Shown: in pieces, positions 45,530 through 56,873 of the stretch
How the letters are laid out: every line of letters begins with the position of its first letter
How positions within the stretch are numbered: the stretch's first letter is position 1
NCBI GenBank assembly: GCA_025558095.1
Contig: JAIVFI010000031.1
Coordinates: 508,810 to 572,809, forward strand
Source of the DNA: Hyaloraphidium curvatum SAG 235-1
Lineage: Eukaryota > Fungi > Monoblepharomycota
Reading direction: 5' to 3'
DNA length: 64,000 nt
Made by a program: the position numbers and the translations under genes
The notes under the pieces: model-generated
What the model saw: the letters and a program-made list of their open reading frames with translations, nothing else
What the model was told of the DNA's origin: nothing
Database searches by the model: none

Positions 45530-47831
45530 ATGGATCCGCCGTATGCTCTTTTTGACGCGTCTTCCGGGGCTGACGGCCCCCGGCACGGGTTGGCCGCGGC
45601 CATGCCGAACCCCGGCGAAGGCCTGGTTCCCGACCTCCTGCCTTCGTTGCCGGCGGTCTCGACGGTCCAGCCCGATCCCCACTTCCGGCGCTCGCAGAAT
45701 GGTTCCAGTCTGGCCATCAACATAGGGGAACAGGAGGAGCCGAACATCGCGAACGACGTGGTCCTGCGCACCGCCGACTCGGTCCCGGTGCTGAGGAAGC
45801 GCAAGCCTTCGCTGGTTCCCCCGGGGGGCCGCTCGGAGGACGAGGACTCCCCCCGGACGGCCTTACATTGCGCATTTGCAACGGAAGCGGGGAAGCCCGC
45901 CTCGCATTTGCAGGACCCAGGGACTCCCTCGCCCGAGGCGTCGGACTCGGACAGCTCGGACCCGGAAGCCGAGACCGCGCACGATCTGGCCCACCGCCCT
46001 CTCACTGCCGGTCCGAAGAGCACCTCCACAAGCAGGTCGGGCGGCTCTTTGGCTTCCACCGAGGGCGCCGTCCTTCGAGCGCACCGCTTCTTCCAGCGCC
46101 GCCTCGACTCCTTCCTCGCCAGCGACCTCTTTGCCAGACTCTACTCAATCTACTCGTCTGTGCGCGTGTGGGTTTGGCTGTGGACAACCCTACACCTCGC
46201 GGTTCTCTCCGGCACGCTAATCCTCCTTCGCTTCGGCATCGGCATCACCCTCCCCGGCCTCGGATCCTTCAACCTCCTCCACGCCGCCTTCGGATACATC
46301 GGCAAGCTGTCCTTTACCCTCGCCGCCCTCTCCTGCCGCGCGACCGCCCTCTCTCACACCTCCTTCGCCCTCGTCTCGCGCCGGACAGGCGTGCCCCTGT
46401 CCGAAGTCGCCCGCCCCGCGTGGTCCCTGGATCCCGACGCCGGCCGCACCCTCCGCAGGCTCTCTCTGGCGTCGGTGGTCCTCCTAGAGATCGCCCTGCT
46501 CGTGTTGTGCTATTTCCTTGAGTGGTTCCCGGCGGATTCACACTTGGGCCACTTTCCCTGCACAACGGCTTCTTACCCCGAAGCCCCGCAGTTCGAAGCG
46601 AGCCTGGGGGATTTCCTTCAGGGGTAGGTTAGCACTTTTGCTCCCCCAGAAAACGCCTCACGCTTCGCATCCCACAGCGACACGGACTTTGCGACGGTCT
46701 ACAACTACGAGCTTCCCCTGATCGATGGGGTAGCGGGGGCCTGGGGTAGCGGGGGCCTGGGCTGCATGGCCCCTTTCTGCGCCCTCCTCATCGTTTTCCG
46801 TCTCGGGGAGAGGGGTCGCCTACGCAGTCGGGGCGATCTGCACGGATCCCCGGCCCTCGGATGCGCCCCCTGGAAACGGGACAGAAGAGACCAGGTTCTG
46901 GATCACCAACTCCCAGGACTGGGGCTCAATCTTCGTCGCCGATGTCGGGATCAAGATGCCGGCCGGGTCGCACTCTGTTCTTGCATGGGAGGACCGGGTG
47001 ATCCTTCAAGCATGCCGCGTGACTATCGTCAGCGGCCGGGCCGAGTCGCTGACGTTTGCCTTTGTCGCCGACGAGTGGCAGATGGTCACGGGGGGGCAGA
47101 TGCGGGAGCTCCGGGTGGGCGAGATTGCCATGACGCAGCGGATGCCGCCTCGGGAGCAATTTGCGTTCACCGAGGTGGCCGCGGAGCTCAGCGCAACGCA
47201 CGTGGAGTGGTCCAACGTCACCGGGTGGATCGGCCGCGCCGTGCTCAACGTTTTTTCGAACGCGTCGTACGCTTCCACGCAAGGGGCAACCTTTTGCAAC
47301 GTCCTGCAGTGGGCGACGCTGCCGGACGGGCTCTATCACCCCGAACTCACCTTCCGCGGGATCACGGCGGCGGTGGCCGCCCTGGGACACTATGTGCTAA
47401 TGCAGTACGACGGCTCCGTCGTCGGGGAATGCGTTTATTTTGGCGCCGACGGGGAAGGCGTCGTGGAAGTGCCCGCCTGGATCGGAGGCGTCACGACCGC
47501 CACCGTGGTCCTTTGCATGGTGGTCAGCGCGGCACAGTTGTTCTGGTGGATGGTGAGCTCGCAGGGTGGGCCGAGGTACGACCGAGCAGCGAGGCTGCTT
47601 TCGAGCCCGCTCCGGCTTCTTTACGACGCAAGGGAGTGGGTGCCGCGGGGCATGTCGGAGCTGAAGGACGAGGGGGTCGGCGAGGTGAACCTGACGCGGC
47701 GCTTCGGCGAGATCTTTGTGCGCTTCGGCGAGGACCGTCGGGCGCGGGGTGAGGACATCGGGAGGCTCGTCCTGGACGAGCCTAGAAGGGTAGTCGGTAT
47801 CTCGACGAGGCGGAGCTACCGCAGCATGTAG
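45530..47831 (+). pseudogene. Large membrane protein gene (intron 46624-46677) frameshifted by a 16-bp tandem duplication
   Basis: TGGGGTAGCGGGGGCC occurs twice (46726-46757). Removing one copy makes exon 2 read open into ORF 46956..47831. Confidence 0.65.
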
Positions 47832-47995
47832 CGGCTCCGGCGGAGAAGTCCTGAGAATCATCTGCGCCGCATCCACTTGACTTCTCGCGAAAGGTAGCCG
47901 CTGTTTCGTCTTGGCCGGCCAAGTCGGTGATCCGCCTGCGAATCGCGAAACTCCGTCCTGCTGTCTCCCAGCTCACCTCGAGTCTCACCTCGAAA

Positions 47996-49083
47996 ATGCC
48001 GAACGCGCGCCGCGGTTCCGGCCCTGCGGCGCCGCTCGATGTGGTTCCCACGTCGCAGTCCGCGCTGCCGCTCTCCGACTACAGCCTGGGCACGCACGCC
48101 GGCTCCGGTCGGCTCAAGGGCAAGCGGGTGCTCATCGTGGGCGGCGGCCAGCGCAAGTCGGGGCCGGCGCCCGAGGTCAAGGACGCGGCCGGCAACGTGA
48201 TTCCGGTCATCGGCAACGGTCGGGCCGTCAGCCTGCTGGCCGCACGCGAGGGGGCGAGCGTGGCGGTCGCGGACAGGGACGCGTCGCTCGCAAAGGAGAC
48301 TGCGGATCTGTGCCAGCGCGAGCACGGCGCGTCAAATCAGTGGTAAGCTTCCTAGGTTCCCGTCAGAAGCTTCAGGCGCGCTTTGCTGACCTCGAACGCG
48401 TGCCAGGGGCTCGCGGCACGTGTCGATTCAGGTCGACGCGACGGATGAGCGCGAGGTGGAACGAATGCTCGCCGAAGCGGTGCAGAAGCTGGGCGGGAAG
48501 CTCGACGGCATCGTCTGCAACGTCGGCGCAGCGTGGGGCGGTGGCCTCGGCGGAACGAGCGTCGAGCTGTGGGAGCGAACCATGGCCACCAACCTCAAGT
48601 CGCATTTCCTCGTCTTGAAGCACTGCCGCAAGCATCTCAACTCCGACGCATCCATCATTCTGATCTCCTCGACTGCCGCCATCAGCCCCGGATCCGGGTA
48701 TCCCGCTTACCATGCCTCGAAGGCCGGCCTCAAAGGACTCCTGCTGCACGCTGCATCCGAGCTTTCCAACGCGGGGCTGAGGATCCGAGTCAATACGGTG
48801 TTGCCCGGCTTGATCGACACTCCCCTAGGGAGGGTCGGAAGCTCTGCTCGGCCGGAACGGGCTCGCACGGGCGTCCCCCTCGGACGCCAGGGCACCGGTT
48901 GGGACGTTGCGTGGGCCGTCTCGTGGCTCTTGTCGGGCGAGAGCAGCTACATCACCGGTTGGTCTGTCCGGTCGACTCCAACGCGCGCTCCTTACACTCC
49001 GGTGAAACTTCTCAGGCATCGAGCTCATCGTCGACGGCGGACTTTCGTCTATCGCACCTCGCGGAGTTCCCACGAAGCTCTGA
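47996..49083 (+). CDS. Short-chain dehydrogenase/reductase; introns 48343-48406 and 48958-49015
   Basis: RLKGKRVLIVGGG...IGNGRA, LDGIVCNVG, ISS, YHASK, IRVNTVLPG and SYITGIELIVDGG, ending TKL*. Confidence 0.9.
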
Positions 49084-49155
49084 TGAATGGTATCAGGAAG
49101 GCCTTCGGGCCTGTGGATCTGCATTTGTACATTCTTGACAAAAGTGATCTGAAAT

Positions 49156-50212
49156 TCATAGCTTCCCCCACTGCGCGATCGCCGTCGTCTTCCCCGTCCG
49201 GTGGTCGTAAACGTCCGTGCCTCGCGGAACAACCCTGATCGTTTGGCCTGCCATGGACTCGTCCTCAATGGCTCTGACCATCGCCTCGGTCACAGCGTCG
49301 ATAGTGACCATGTGCTTCTCCATCATCTTGGCGAAATCCGAGCCGAGGCCCCGAAGGAAGATGGGCGTCGGTGCGGCATTGGGGAGCACCACGTTCACGC
49401 GAACGGCAGGGGCCAGATCGCCCAGGCAACGCGTGAAATGGATCACGGCGGCCTTGCCAGAGGCGCTGAAGAGCATAGGGCTTCTTCAGCACCGGGCCGA
49501 GAAGAAAGCTCGAAAGCTACCCACTAAATCGGCTCCTTCTGCGGGATCAATCCGGCCATGCTGGCCGTGTTCACGACGACGAGCTTGGTGCCTCTCTTCT
49601 TTGCCTCGATGATGGCCAGTTCCGTCGCGTAAACCACGGCGTGGTAGTTGATCATGGTCATGCGGACAGCAGCGTCCGGTGAGACCGAGGTGTCCAGGTT
49701 GTCGACCGAGCGAGGCCAGCTGTCGTCGCCGATTCCGGCGTTCTGATTGAGATGAGAGCAACCGAGGAAGGTCAGCGCGTTAGGGATGAAATGGGAGACA
49801 GAACGGAAACAGAACCAACATTCACGAGAACCTGAGCCCGGAAACGTCCCAATATCGGGTACCGCAGGGAAGAGCGGTAAAGAAGAAAGCCGTCCATGAG
49901 CGATGTCGGTCGCTAGCGGCGGCGTGGAAGACCCACGTCGAGGCCGCCAAAGTCCCGAACAGTTCCGAGGACCATCTCCTTCACTTCATCCATTTTCGAG
50001 AGGTCCACCTTGCGGAAGTGGGCACTGCATCCCTGCTTCGACAGTTCCGCCGCGACGCCCTTCCCCAGCTCCTCCTGGACGTCCACGAGCACGAGCGACT
50101 TCGGACTCCGTTTCGCGAGCTTCCTCGCCAAATCGGCACCGAATCCTGAAGCTCCACCCGTCACGACTATGACCTTGCCGGCCACATCGTACTTCGATTT
50201 CAAGGAGGTCAT
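49156..50212 (-). CDS. Short-chain dehydrogenase/reductase (15-PGDH-like), multi-intron
   Basis: TGGASGFG, NAGI, NTASMAG, spliced YASGK catalytic motif and VRVNVVLP, ending GKL*. Confidence 0.88.
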
Positions 50213-50342
50213 GTCTGGAAGACGGGGGTGGTGTTTGGGAGGCAGCCGCTCGAAACTCGCCACCAAGGTGGAGCAATGAATGGAGATTGCAGAAGATTCA
50301 TCAAAGACTACAAGAGGGCTACTGAAGATGGTTTAAGAACGA

Positions 50343-51074
50343 TCACTCGAGGTCCTTGGCTTCCTCGGCGACCTCCTTGATGACTTCTTCCTGCAGTGCG
50401 AACAGATCATCAGCTTCCGGGGCACGATCGCTGCGACACAACGTACCCCGACGTCTTCGTCCCCCTCGTCTTCCTCCTGGTCGTCGAAAGGAGCGCCTTC
50501 GTCCTCCTCGCCGAGATCTTCTTCGCCCACGGCGATGTCGAAGGCGGCACCTTCTTTCGCGGCGCTCTGCCCGGCCACCTTCTCCGATCTGGCGCCGGAC
50601 GGCCCGCCGGCACGAGCATTCTTGGATCCACTCTTGCTTTTGCCTCCCTTCTTTCCTCCGGCACCGCCGGACTTGCCGCTGGCCTCGGGGTAGTTTTCCT
50701 CGCGTTCGACGGCCTCCTGCGTGATCTCGAGCGCCTTTCCGGTCCTCTTTTCGTGAATCTCCGAGGCCTGGAGGCGATGGAAGCCACGTTAAATCGTGAC
50801 GAGTGGACGCCATCCATGGGACGCGACCTTCTGCGCCGACTCCATGCGCGCCTCGATAGAGCGATCGCCACGGTGCGAGGCGGCGACGTATGACCTCTCG
50901 CGGTTCTCGTCCTTAGTCCTCTGAAGGCACGACGGCGTGCGGTGAGGCTGATGGCCGGATGGAAGGACTCCGCCGCGCCACCTCTTCGTTCCTTTTCCCC
51001 TCGGCCGTTGTCCCGCGCGCGACCGTGGAGGACTCGGGCCCGACTTCCTCGCCGTAAGCCTTCTCGCCGCTCAT
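50343..51074 (-). CDS. Small conserved fungal hypothetical protein, about 3 introns
   Basis: Spliced core RERSYVAASHRGDRSIEARMESAQK|ASEIHEKRTGKALEITQE resembles a motif I recall from uncharacterised fungal proteins. Acidic tail. Confidence 0.6.
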
Positions 51075-51745
51075 GTTTGCGTTGACGATGCTGCTGCTGC
51101 TGCTGTTGAGGGCCTGAGGGCGCGATGGATGTGTCCCGTGGTGGACCGATGACGGTGCGTGCAGTCAACATATTATGACCCTCGTCCCGACGCGACGCGG
51201 TCTCATCAGCCAGCTAGTGTAGTTCTAGTTTCGCTTGATCGTTGTTTCGGCTACTAAGATAGACTAGTGCCAGATTGGGAAGCGTGCGCGCTGGGCCTTT
51301 TCCCCGCGTCACCGACCTGCTGGAACGTGAGTGCTCCGCTGGCTGGTGCTTCCCGCCGCATCCAGGAACGCACTCCGTGCCAGCCAGCCCTCGAAGCTGC
51401 AAAGCACGACTAGTGATTCTCGTATACTGGAATGGGTTGATCGGGAGGCGTGATTTGCGTTTAGTGCGAGTTTCAGAATGAACGGGACTCTGTAGAAAAC
51501 CGCACCGTGCGGAAATGCGAACAAAACGGCGCGCAAGCTTCTGAGACGCGCACTCCCGCGTCCACACCCCACACTCCCACCCGAATTCCACACGCGCCAA
51601 CCGCGCGCCGTACTTGCCCGGTCGCCGGCGACATGCCTTAGAGTCATTGGTGAGAGATCTGGGCACGCTAGGTGGAGATCTACATGCGTTTTGCAGCGGG
51701 CCGGGGGTGGCTCACTTTTGTTCCACCTTCCACAGACGGTCCACG

Positions 51746-53270
51746 ATGGAAGGCCACTCTCCGGGCCCGCCCCCCGGTGGTGGAGGCCCGTCTGGCGTAA
51801 AATACTTCGGTCCCGACGACGACAAGACCTGTTCGACTTGCGGCAACGCGGGGCATGCCTCCTACTACTCGCCCTATTGCCCTCAGACGCGCAGCATCAA
51901 GGCGCGTGGGCGGGACCACGGCGACGAAGAGACTGGGGTGTTCAAATATCGGGACTTTGTCTGGCGTTGCAACTTCCAGAAGTTTTGCAAGAGCACCCCG
52001 GTCGCACAGGTGCTTCGCAACATGATGGTCGCCACTTCCCAAGCCCGGTTCGAGGCGACCCGTTTTCTCCAGCTCTTCCTTTCGCGCACCGTCGGCTCTG
52101 ATCTGATTCGACACCCGCTGAAGGACTCTTGCCTTACCAACCTCTTCAAGGCGTTCTACGCCCCGTCGGCAGACAGCTACGCCACCCCCCGGCGCTACCT
52201 TGCAGCCTTCCACCCGTCTGCCCCTGCCATCTTTGCGGAGCATTTCCTACCTCGGCACACGGCGGCTTCTTGGCCCGGAGACTCCAACGCGTGCCGAAAC
52301 CTCTCCGTCATCATCGTGCACAACGTGACCAGCTCTTTGCGCAGGCAGTATGCTGCTGCGTGGAAGAGGCACGTGCTTTACAACATCGGTGCCTGGACCG
52401 TTGGATGGCTGAAGGACATGCTTGCTGTTGAGCTCCGGGGCGTGTGGGAAGAGATGCCCGCATGGCAACGCACCAAGCTTGCCTGGTGCATCTACACGTA
52501 CGTCACCCTCGGTGAGACCGACGGCATGGACATCTCCAAGCGGAACAAGGCTGCCAAGAAGAAAAAGCGCAAGGCATCCGAGATGGAGGATGACAACGAA
52601 TACGACAACGAGCCGGCAGAGCTTAAGCCGTTCGAGCTGCCAGAGCTTCGCACGCGCACCTGGCCCAACGGGTGCTTTGAAGCAGCCTTACTTTACATCG
52701 AAGAGGTGCGCCATCGTCTGGGGCCGACCGACCGGGGCAAGAAGACGTCTGGAGGTATCATTGTCGGCAAACCCAACGACGCTTATCTGTGGCTTTCCAA
52801 CCACCTAAACTGGCTACGCTTCTTGGCCGGTTTACGCAACAGGGAAGATGATGAGCATCGCAAGTTTGCGCTCTGCCCGCTTTTCAACTGGAAGCGGGCC
52901 TTCTTCACCGTGGACACAACCCTGCTCTTTTCCATCCTGGACCACGTTCGCGCGCCCGTACTGGCCGAGAAGGGCGCCCCGCGTTCCCTGCCTGAGACAG
53001 CGGGCGCATTCACAACAGACAAAGCGGCTCGGGATGCATGGAACGAGCACCTGTTCCGACTGAGCCCGAACATGCATCGCAAGGAGCGCGCCAAGGTGCC
53101 CAGCAACGGCAGACCCAAACCGGCGTCCCGTGTACGGAAATGGGACTACTCCTACTCCTTTGCAACCGACTGTGAAGGCGTTTCGGTGCTGTGCGCCAAA
53201 CGCTACAGGGCAAAGACGAAGAAGGAGCGGGAGGAAGCCGAAAAGCAGAGGGATGAGATGGACGAGGAGG
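51746..53270 (+). pseudogene. Fanzor1-like (TnpB-related RNA-guided nuclease) gene, N-terminal part only, interrupted by an LTR at 53271
   Basis: N-terminal CSTCGNAGH...CP knuckle. KFALCPL...FFTVDT..L and YSFATDCEGVSV match Fanzor1 WED motifs (FxxxP...xxIDT, TDGxxVSV). The ORF is cut before the RuvC-I DP motif. Confidence 0.75.
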
Positions 53271-53746
53271 TGCGACGGTCCGGGTCGGAACCGGGCCTGA
53301 AGCTCTAACCCGGCGCGCGAATCCCGCTCGGCTCTTCGGGTCGGATAGGCCCTGAATATGAATAAGCGAACAGCGCTGAAGATACTTGACTGTAGCCGGG
53401 GGAAAGAGGTTACGGGATGTCTCCCGGGGTGCGTCCCAAGGGCTCTCAGAACGAGGATCCGGCCGGGCGGGGTTCCGCACGGTGGTCGAACGACACGGAG
53501 AGCACGTAGAGTCAACTGGCGATCAAGATTGTACTGTTACATGTCCCGCTCTTTATATATCCCAGGAGGGTGGCTGTGCCGAGTCACTTGCGAGTCGCTC
53601 GCGAGTCGCTCGCGAGTGACTCGCGAGTCACTCGCGAGTCGATCGCGAGTCGATCACGAGTCGATCGCGAGGACCGACGCCTCCACGCCTCCGAACCGAA
53701 AATGAAAATACCCTTGTCCGAATGTCAGACGTCCTGTACCTTCGCA
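53271..53746 (-). repeat. LTR (476 bp), 3' LTR of the minus-strand copy; PPT at 53747-53757
   Basis: Reverse complement of 59665-60140, with termini TGCGA...TCGCA. Confidence 0.92.
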
Positions 53747-54165
53747 CGCCCCCACCCAAAAGAAGGCGCCGCCCTCGGCGCCACGAAATCGAAGATCCTC
53801 CGCGGAGTGACGTCATGCTTGCAGTAGAAGATGTTGAAGGCCGAGGTGGAGACAACAGATGTTGGAGAGTGTAGGGCCGAAGGGTGGCTTAGGCGTCCTC
53901 AAAGTCGACGTCGGCGTCCGCCTCGTCGTCGCTCGGCGGCGGGGCGCGGAGCCGGCGGGTAAAGCCGAGAGCGAAGGCGGCATGCACGGCTGAGCCGTCC
54001 GCGGCCGAGGGGGTGTAGACCGGGGGCATGGTCGACTTGTAGGGAGCGGCCGGGATGTCGTCGTACAGGGCGGCCAAGAGGCCGTCGTCCTGCGAGACGA
54101 TGGAGGAGGCGTCGCTGCTGGACACGCTCTCGGGGCGAGGAGCTGGAGGTTGCATATCCCCAGCC

Positions 54166-55449
54166 TCATCGTCGGAGGTGACGAGGTCCTCGTCCTTGAC
54201 GCGGCCGACCGGCGTGGAGGTGACCTCTTTTGAGTGGGCGGCGGTTGGCATTCTTCTCCAACTCCCAGCACTCGTCCTGAGCATGCCCATCCATGCCACA
54301 GAGATGGCAGTGGCGAGGCTGGAAGCGCTTCTGGTCGCGGTACTCCGAGGTGAAGGGCCGGCGATCCTGGCGCTCCTGCTGCTGGCGGGGCCGATCGATC
54401 GGAGGAGGCCTCGCGGGGGGGTTCGACCTGGTCTCCGCGGCCTGAACCTGATGGCGAGGCGACGGCAGCAGCTTGGTGATGAGCTCCTTGATCTCGACGA
54501 GGTCGCTGTTCGGCCCCGAAGGCGGCAACGGCTGGCTCCGACGAGACTGGAAGGGGACGAAACGGCGCGGAGGCCGGAACGCAGACTCCCCCGGCGGTCC
54601 ACCGGTGGGCCTGCGCTCTCCCTTAGGCTCCAGCAGCTTTGTGAGAGCCTGCGTATGAGCCAGCAGCACTTCCGTCGTCGCCTTGTCGGTCGCCTTGGAG
54701 GAGCCCGAAGACGAGTGCTGGCCGACCAGAGCCGGAATCTCCGAAATCGAGTTCTGGCCCAGGAAACGGATGTCGCGCGGCTGCGCAGGGCCCGATGCTT
54801 GCATGACGGTGCGCATCTTCTCGATGACCTTGGTGACGGAAGTGCGGTTGATGAGGTGATCCCCGAGGAGCTCCAGCGCCTTCCCGCGTAGCTCCGGGCG
54901 CAGTCCGTAGAGCAGGTTCTGGCCGTACACGCTGTCTTGCACTTCCCTGGTAGGAAGCTGATCGCCGCAGTGCGAGAGGAAACGCGTCTCGGCCAGGGAT
55001 ACGCGGGCAACGAAGGCGTCGAGGGTCTCATCGTTGGTCATCTGAATCGTGTTGTAGTGCCGGCGATAATGCATCGATGCGTCCAGGCGGGCCTCTTGCT
55101 GCTCGAGCGTCGCCGTTACGCGGTCAAGAGCGTGCTGCTCCAGGTTGCCGACATTGACGAGGGTGTTGAGCACCGGGTGGAGTGCGTCGAGGGCTGCGCG
55201 GATGGGCATGACCGCGGAGAAGGCGGCCTGCTCGACCTTGTGCAAGTGGGCCGTCGTCTGGGAGTGTCTGACGTCGAGGTCGGCCCGGAGGTCGTCCAGC
55301 CGGGTCGAGAGGGAGGCAAGCGCCGACCGATAGTCCGGGGGTACGACGCCAGGCAACGCAGCGACGGGCGCAGTCGCCGGCGGCGGCGCCGTGGCCACAT
55401 GCGGCCGGCGGGGCCGCAGGTTGTGGCCGGCAGTCGTGGGGGTCGCCAT
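54166..55449 (-). CDS. Chimeric ORF: ORF3 N-terminus fused in frame to the Gag C-terminal half (including the CCHC knuckle)
   Basis: 55449-55084 is ORF3 sequence. 55083-54230 is the reverse complement of gag 61064-61917. Confidence 0.8.
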   Translation of the reverse strand: MATPTTAGHNLRPRRPHVATAPPPATAPVAALPGVVPPDYRSALASLSTRLDDLRADLDVRHSQTTAHLHKVEQAAFSAVMPIRAALDALHPVLNTLVNVGNLEQHALDRVTATLEQQEARLDASMHYRRHYNTIQMTNDETLDAFVARVSLAETRFLSHCGDQLPTREVQDSVYGQNLLYGLRPELRGKALELLGDHLINRTSVTKVIEKMRTVMQASGPAQPRDIRFLGQNSISEIPALVGQHSSSGSSKATDKATTEVLLAHTQALTKLLEPKGERRPTGGPPGESAFRPPRRFVPFQSRRSQPLPPSGPNSDLVEIKELITKLLPSPRHQVQAAETRSNPPARPPPIDRPRQQQERQDRRPFTSEYRDQKRFQPRHCHLCGMDGHAQDECWELEKNANRRPLKRGHLHAGRPRQGRGPRHLRR

Positions 55450-55817
55450 GGGAGACGGTAGCGGCGAGGTCGACGTTGGGTGCGTAGTCCGCGGCCGCGG
55501 CCTCCTGTGGTCCGCCGCTTATATGGTGCGAAGCGCAGGCAACTCGCGAGTGCATCGCAAGTCGCTCGCGAGTGACTTGCGAGCGACTCGCGAGTGACTC
55601 GCGAGTCACTTGCGAGTCAACCGCGAGCCAACCGCGAGTCAACCGCGAGTCAACTGCGAGTCGAGTCGACCGCGAGTTCGCCCGCACACCGGGTCACCAG
55701 TCCCCGCCACGGGGGACGGGGCGCGAGCGAGGGCCGTACGCCATTGCGTCGACGAAAGCGCTCGCGGGGGATCGCGACGTAGGGTCCAGAAGAGCTGGGG
55801 GGATCTCCGCGCCTGTC
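55450..55817. promoter_or_regulatory. Putative bidirectional internal promoter with 11-bp palindromic repeat array (about 55541-55678)
   Basis: About 12 units built on ACTCGCGAGT / ACCGCGAGT lie between divergent ATGs at 55449 (-) and 55818 (+). CATATAAG is on the minus strand about 70 bp upstream of ORF3. Confidence 0.6.
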
Positions 55818-56803
55818 ATGAGTGCGGAGCTGCCGAACGTCGTCCCGCCGAGTTCGTGGTTCGAGGTTCGGTTGCCGACCTTCGACGTCCTGCTGTGCAC
55901 CAAGGTAAGAGCGTAGCGGCGTGGTCCTCGAACGGGAGCTCAGCGCCGCGCCAGGAGGACGACGTGGTCGACTGCTTCCTGCAACTGGTGCGTCTGGCCG
56001 CCATGCGCGGGATGTTGCCGCTGGCCGAAGAGGCTGGGAACGTCGTTGTCGAGGTCCGAGTGCTCCGTCGGCTCGTCGCCGAGCTGCGCGAGGCCGGCGG
56101 GACCGCCAAGCTGCGCGAGGCTGGCGGGGCCAGAGGCAACGACCCGATCGCGGCCGCGGCCGCAACCCGGACCTCCGGCGTCTTCCTGCCGGCGATGTCG
56201 TCGAAGGGTGCGCCTTCCGTCGGCGAGGGCGAGTCGGCGGCGGACTCGAGGGAGGAGCTCGAGGCGGCCGACGAAGTCCCCGTGCTGTCAGTCACGCTTC
56301 ATGCGCCCTCTTGGGAGCTGGACCACTTAGGCGACTTCGAGGCCGCCACTGAACAAGGGAGCGCCTTCCAGACGGCCCAAACGGCAACTTCAGGTAAAGA
56401 CGAGGGGCATGTGGTGCAGCGCGGGGAGGCCCGGGAGCAGATTGCGCAGGTGAACGGCTCGACGGGAGTACGCCCCACAAGCGCTGATCGTCACTGAATG
56501 TGCCAGATGAAGAAGTCGTCGCCGGTCTGGGGCTTGAAGGCGGAACGGGTGACGAAGAAGGTCCCTGATGCCGTGCCGGCAGGCTCCTTCCTCCGATGGA
56601 AGATTGCCGGAACGTACGCCGGCGAACTGTACCGGAGCCCCACCAAGGGCGAAGTGGCGGTATGCTCGTTCCCGTGGTGCCATCTGGTAAAGCACAAGGC
56701 TAAGGGCCTCCTGGGCAATCTGAACACGCATTTTCAGTCCGGGTATCACAAGTTGGCGTTCGAGGGGGTCGAGGATAGGCTCGAGGTAGTACGTCGGGTT
56801 TGA
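55818..56803 (+). CDS. Antisense accessory gene of the retrotransposon; 3 exons (55818-55904, 55955-56449, 56507-56803), 292 aa, C-terminal C2H2/BED-like zinc finger
   Basis: Phase-0 introns GTAAGA..CCAG (50 bp) and GTGAAC..GCTGAT..CCAG (57 bp) link three ORF-track segments. The finger reads CSFPWC-x15-H-x5-H, with NLNTH. Confidence 0.65.
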
Positions 56804-56873
56804 GTCAGTGAAAAGCCGGGGATCGGAGCACAGAGATGGTAGTGCTGTGACCGGATAGACGTCGTTGGTGTTA

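Noticed and set aside
53271-53308. Natural stop of the 564-aa ORF 51614..53308
   Set aside because: The last ~12 codons and the stop come from the inserted LTR.
53580-53670. Short palindromic repeat arrays (also about 55541-55678 and 59741-59831) as a CRISPR array
   Set aside because: The units are ~11 bp, contiguous, without unique spacers, and lie inside the LTR or internal promoter of a eukaryotic retroelement.
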